DNA of 64,000 bases from Candidatus Thorarchaeota archaeon (GTDB taxonomy: Archaea; Asgardarchaeota; Thorarchaeia; Thorarchaeales; Thorarchaeaceae), in assembly GCA_963726195.1 (NCBI GenBank), contig CAVSBO010000005.1, forward strand, positions 64,001 through 128,000. The letters are read 5' to 3'. The notes beneath the pieces are model-generated. The model saw only the letters and a list, made by a program, of their open reading frames with translations. It had not been told where the DNA came from and ran no database searches. Numbering within the stretch: the first letter of the stretch is position 1; each line of letters opens with the position of its first letter. Positions 61,536 to 64,000 of the stretch are shown here, one piece after another. The position numbers were made by a program, and so were the translations under genes.

Positions 61536-61916
61536 TCAGTCCGGTGTCGATCTGAATCTGATTCTGCGGCCATCTCTAAGCTTGACAACATGCCCGTCTT
61601 CTGCGAGCCTATTCAGGACTTCACTAGTTCTTGAGCGCGACTTACCCCACTTCGTTGCGAGTTCTGCAGCTGTTAGACCAGTTCTCTCGTGCCGCAGGTA
61701 TCCAACGAGCCTTTGCCAGCCGATATCGTAGTCAATGCAACTCTGCTGGCCTGCAAAGACACTGTATTGTGCAACTTGCGGTGGCGAGGCCGCTTGAGAG
61801 TCGGGTTGGCCGATTCTGGCGTTCAATTGACTGACAGTCTCTCTGAGTTTTGACACAGTCTTCTTGAGTTCTTTGATTTCATCTTTGAGCTGGCCTACTT
61901 CGGATTCTTCTGACAT
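61536..61916 (-). CDS. Coiled-coil plus winged-HTH DNA-binding protein
   Basis: Heptad LKDEIKELKKTVSKL; GLTAAELATKWGKSRSRTSEVLNRLAEDG...R.GR. Confidence 0.75.
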   Translation of the reverse strand: MSEESEVGQLKDEIKELKKTVSKLRETVSQLNARIGQPDSQAASPPQVAQYSVFAGQQSCIDYDIGWQRLVGYLRHERTGLTAAELATKWGKSRSRTSEVLNRLAEDGHVVKLRDGRRIRFRSTPD

Positions 61917-61929
61917 AGGTCTCCCCCTC

Positions 61930-62298
61930 CTACTCTTTGCCATAATCGAAGCGGAACTCGGCGTAATTCCTATGCTTTCCTTTTTTCTCGAATCGGACCT
62001 TGGGCTCCTGACAATCGAACTTGAGTTCTGTAGGTGGTTTGTAGTTCTCGAAGTCATCAGTCGCACGATCGTCAACCTGGACGTGTTCGGCTTCTTCTTC
62101 AGAGACGGGTTCCTCATCTTGACATGGGAGAGCATTCGAGATTGTTCTCCCGTCGGCTATCTCATGAAGTAGGCTTGTCGCCTTGATAGTTTCCGAAGGG
62201 TCGGTCACGTCGTACTCTGAATCCTTGCACATGATAATGTTCTCTAAGATGTCTTTTGATGTCTTGGAACAAGGAGCCTTTTTGTGCTGGTATGTCAT
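61930..62298 (-). CDS. Hypothetical acidic protein
   Basis: ORF between trmI and the wHTH gene in the same orientation. Confidence 0.45.
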   Translation of the reverse strand: MTYQHKKAPCSKTSKDILENIIMCKDSEYDVTDPSETIKATSLLHEIADGRTISNALPCQDEEPVSEEEAEHVQVDDRATDDFENYKPPTELKFDCQEPKVRFEKKGKHRNYAEFRFDYGKE

Positions 62299-62356
62299 TA
62301 TGGAGCCCCGTCGACAACAATCGACAGTCAACACATTGACCCGACTGGATATAAGG

Positions 62357-63142
62357 TTATTCAACTGCCTCTGCGAGTGACCTTGCGAACGTAAGATAAC
62401 AAGTGTGAGCAATCATCCAAGTGGTTGGCCGAGTCTTGTTCTCACGGACCATTATTTCTCGCTGGAGTACCTCTAGGGTCTTTATCATGCCCCATTTCCC
62501 ACTGTCCGAAAGGGCTTTGCAAGTCTTCATCACTTGTTCGATGGTCGGACTGCAGCTGACCATGAAATGGCTTGGCTTCAGTGCTTTGTGGGCTACGTCA
62601 ACGACCTCCCATGGAGTAGCGAGGTCCAACACGACAGCGTCCAACTCTGTTTCATCGATGCCCTCGAGAACGTCCTTTCGATACATTGTGATTCTATCCA
62701 TCGAGGCGCAGCGTTCCAAGTTCTTCTTCGCAGCCGCATACATATCTTCGCGAATCTCATACGTGTAGACATGACCGCCTGAGCCCACTGCGTTTGCCAG
62801 AACATAGGTCAGCGCTCCCGAACCCGTTCCTGACTCAGCTACGCGACTCCCTGCTCCGATTCCGGTTTCAGCTAGGATTGTACCCGCATCTTTCGGATAA
62901 ATGATTTGAGAGTTCCTGCCAAGCGAGATTTGTGTATCTGCAAGACTGGGCATATGTATCTGGAAGATCACGCCGGAGTGACTTGCAACCTTGATGCCGT
63001 AAGGACGACCGATGATGTCATCAAACTTGATGATGCCCTTGTTGGAATGGAAACTATCTCCAGCCTTAACCTTCCTTATCCAGTTCCTCTTTGCATCGAG
63101 AAATATATAAACACTGCTGCCGTCCTGGATTAGCTCTTGCAT
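62357..63142 (-). CDS. trmI: tRNA (adenine-57/58-N1)-methyltransferase
   Basis: QIIYPKDAG, ESGTGSGALT, YEIRED, LDLATPW, SPTIEQ, TRP...AHTCYL. Confidence 0.95.
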   Translation of the reverse strand: MQELIQDGSSVYIFLDAKRNWIRKVKAGDSFHSNKGIIKFDDIIGRPYGIKVASHSGVIFQIHMPSLADTQISLGRNSQIIYPKDAGTILAETGIGAGSRVAESGTGSGALTYVLANAVGSGGHVYTYEIREDMYAAAKKNLERCASMDRITMYRKDVLEGIDETELDAVVLDLATPWEVVDVAHKALKPSHFMVSCSPTIEQVMKTCKALSDSGKWGMIKTLEVLQREIMVRENKTRPTTWMIAHTCYLTFARSLAEAVE

Positions 63143-63283
63143 GCGCCGTCGGTGATTATCTGAGGTTTTGAGTGTTACCCATTGACCCCTAATCGCGAAT
63201 CTCATGCGCGAATCATGACCGATGGGCGCTATCGTGCAAACGTTTATTCGAAGTCAATCTCGATTAGTTTCACGGGGACAGCC

Positions 63284-64000
63284 TTGGACGAGCATGACTC
63301 GCGTGACCCTGACCCGCGCCCAGAGGTCGAGTCATCCGCTAACAAAGATGTTGTCGACAAGCCCTTAGCCATGATTCCAGAGTCAGTTCTGGAGTATCAT
63401 CCGAGCGTAGGGATTACAGGAAATCTGCATGTCGACGTGGACAAGGGCGTCATTCTCGGAAGGTCGGAGTCCTTTCACAAGAAATACCGGTCCACGGGCA
63501 TTGGATTCATAGGTGCGGTCACAGAGGCGTCCAATGATCCCTCCACATCTCTCCTGGGAATGCCAGTGAATCTCGATCTAGTGAGCCCTCATGTCATGCT
63601 CGTTGCAGGTAAGAGGGGCTCCGGCAAGAGCTACACTCTCGGGCTTATCGCGGAGGAACTGACTCGTGCCATGTCACGAAGAGAGATAGAGGTCGCAGTC
63701 GTTATAATCGACATAGTCGACGTCTTTCGACTGATGGTTGAGCCCAATAGCGAGCAAGCAGGCTCTCTTGGGAAGTGGGGACTCACCGCTGAAGGCTTTC
63801 CCGCTGCAGTCTACATTCCAAGACGCGCATATACGCACATTCCGGATGAGGTGAAAAAGAAGTCTCACCTTTACCCGTTAGCGATAAGCCCGTCTGAGCT
63901 ATCGGTGTCTGACTGGGGATATGTCGTCGAAAGGCATGGCGTTCTCAGCACCGCAATGGAGAACCTCATTGGTGACATGATTGATGGCTTGAGACGTGGT
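63284..64000 (+). CDS. HerA/DUF87-like P-loop ATPase; runs off the window
   Basis: Manual translation: LDLVSPHVMLVAGKRGSGKSYTLGLIAEEL...VVIIDIVD; absent from the track because it has no stop. Confidence 0.8.
   Translation, partial: MDEHDSRDPDPRPEVESSANKDVVDKPLAMIPESVLEYHPSVGITGNLHVDVDKGVILGRSESFHKKYRSTGIGFIGAVTEASNDPSTSLLGMPVNLDLVSPHVMLVAGKRGSGKSYTLGLIAEELTRAMSRREIEVAVVIIDIVDVFRLMVEPNSEQAGSLGKWGLTAEGFPAAVYIPRRAYTHIPDEVKKKSHLYPLAISPSELSVSDWGYVVERHGVLSTAMENLIGDMIDGLRRG

Noticed and set aside
1-64000. CRISPR arrays, tRNA or rRNA genes
   Set aside because: No regularly spaced repeats, T-loop/cloverleaf or rRNA signatures were seen by eye; the window is almost fully protein-coding.

Overview
Archaeal genomic window with no rRNA, tRNA or CRISPR array seen. 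Gene content is compatible with an Asgard/Thorarchaeia-like MAG (inference). About a dozen single-base indels split conserved genes and are probably assembly errors. Left to right: a partly decayed surface-glycan locus (two GT-C-like membrane proteins, a broken epimerase, a flippase remnant); pyk/eno/apgM; a UPF0182 protein; a prenylquinone-type cluster (GGR, long-chain-type prenyl-PP synthase, MenA); and a CCG-domain HdrD/GlcF-like Fe-S protein. A ~7.3 kb variable island follows (HepT-MntA plus repeated, truncated hydrophobic 'toxin C-terminus + small membrane protein' cassettes, with a 190-bp diverged copy of the downstream gene start). Next is an unusual complex-I-like system: a GlcD/Dld-type FAD oxidoreductase fused to NuoB, no NuoEFG, an atypical NuoD site, four antiporter-like subunits and a 26-aa duplication in the NuoL lateral helix. 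After that come accessory genes, a VapBC module bracketed by a 50-bp direct repeat, an FGGY kinase and LarA, a scrambled partial A/V-type ATP synthase cluster, a long helical protein, trmI and a truncated HerA-like ATPase. The two strongest candidates for undescribed systems are the FAD-oxidoreductase-fused four-antiporter complex and the polymorphic toxin/immunity-like cassette array.
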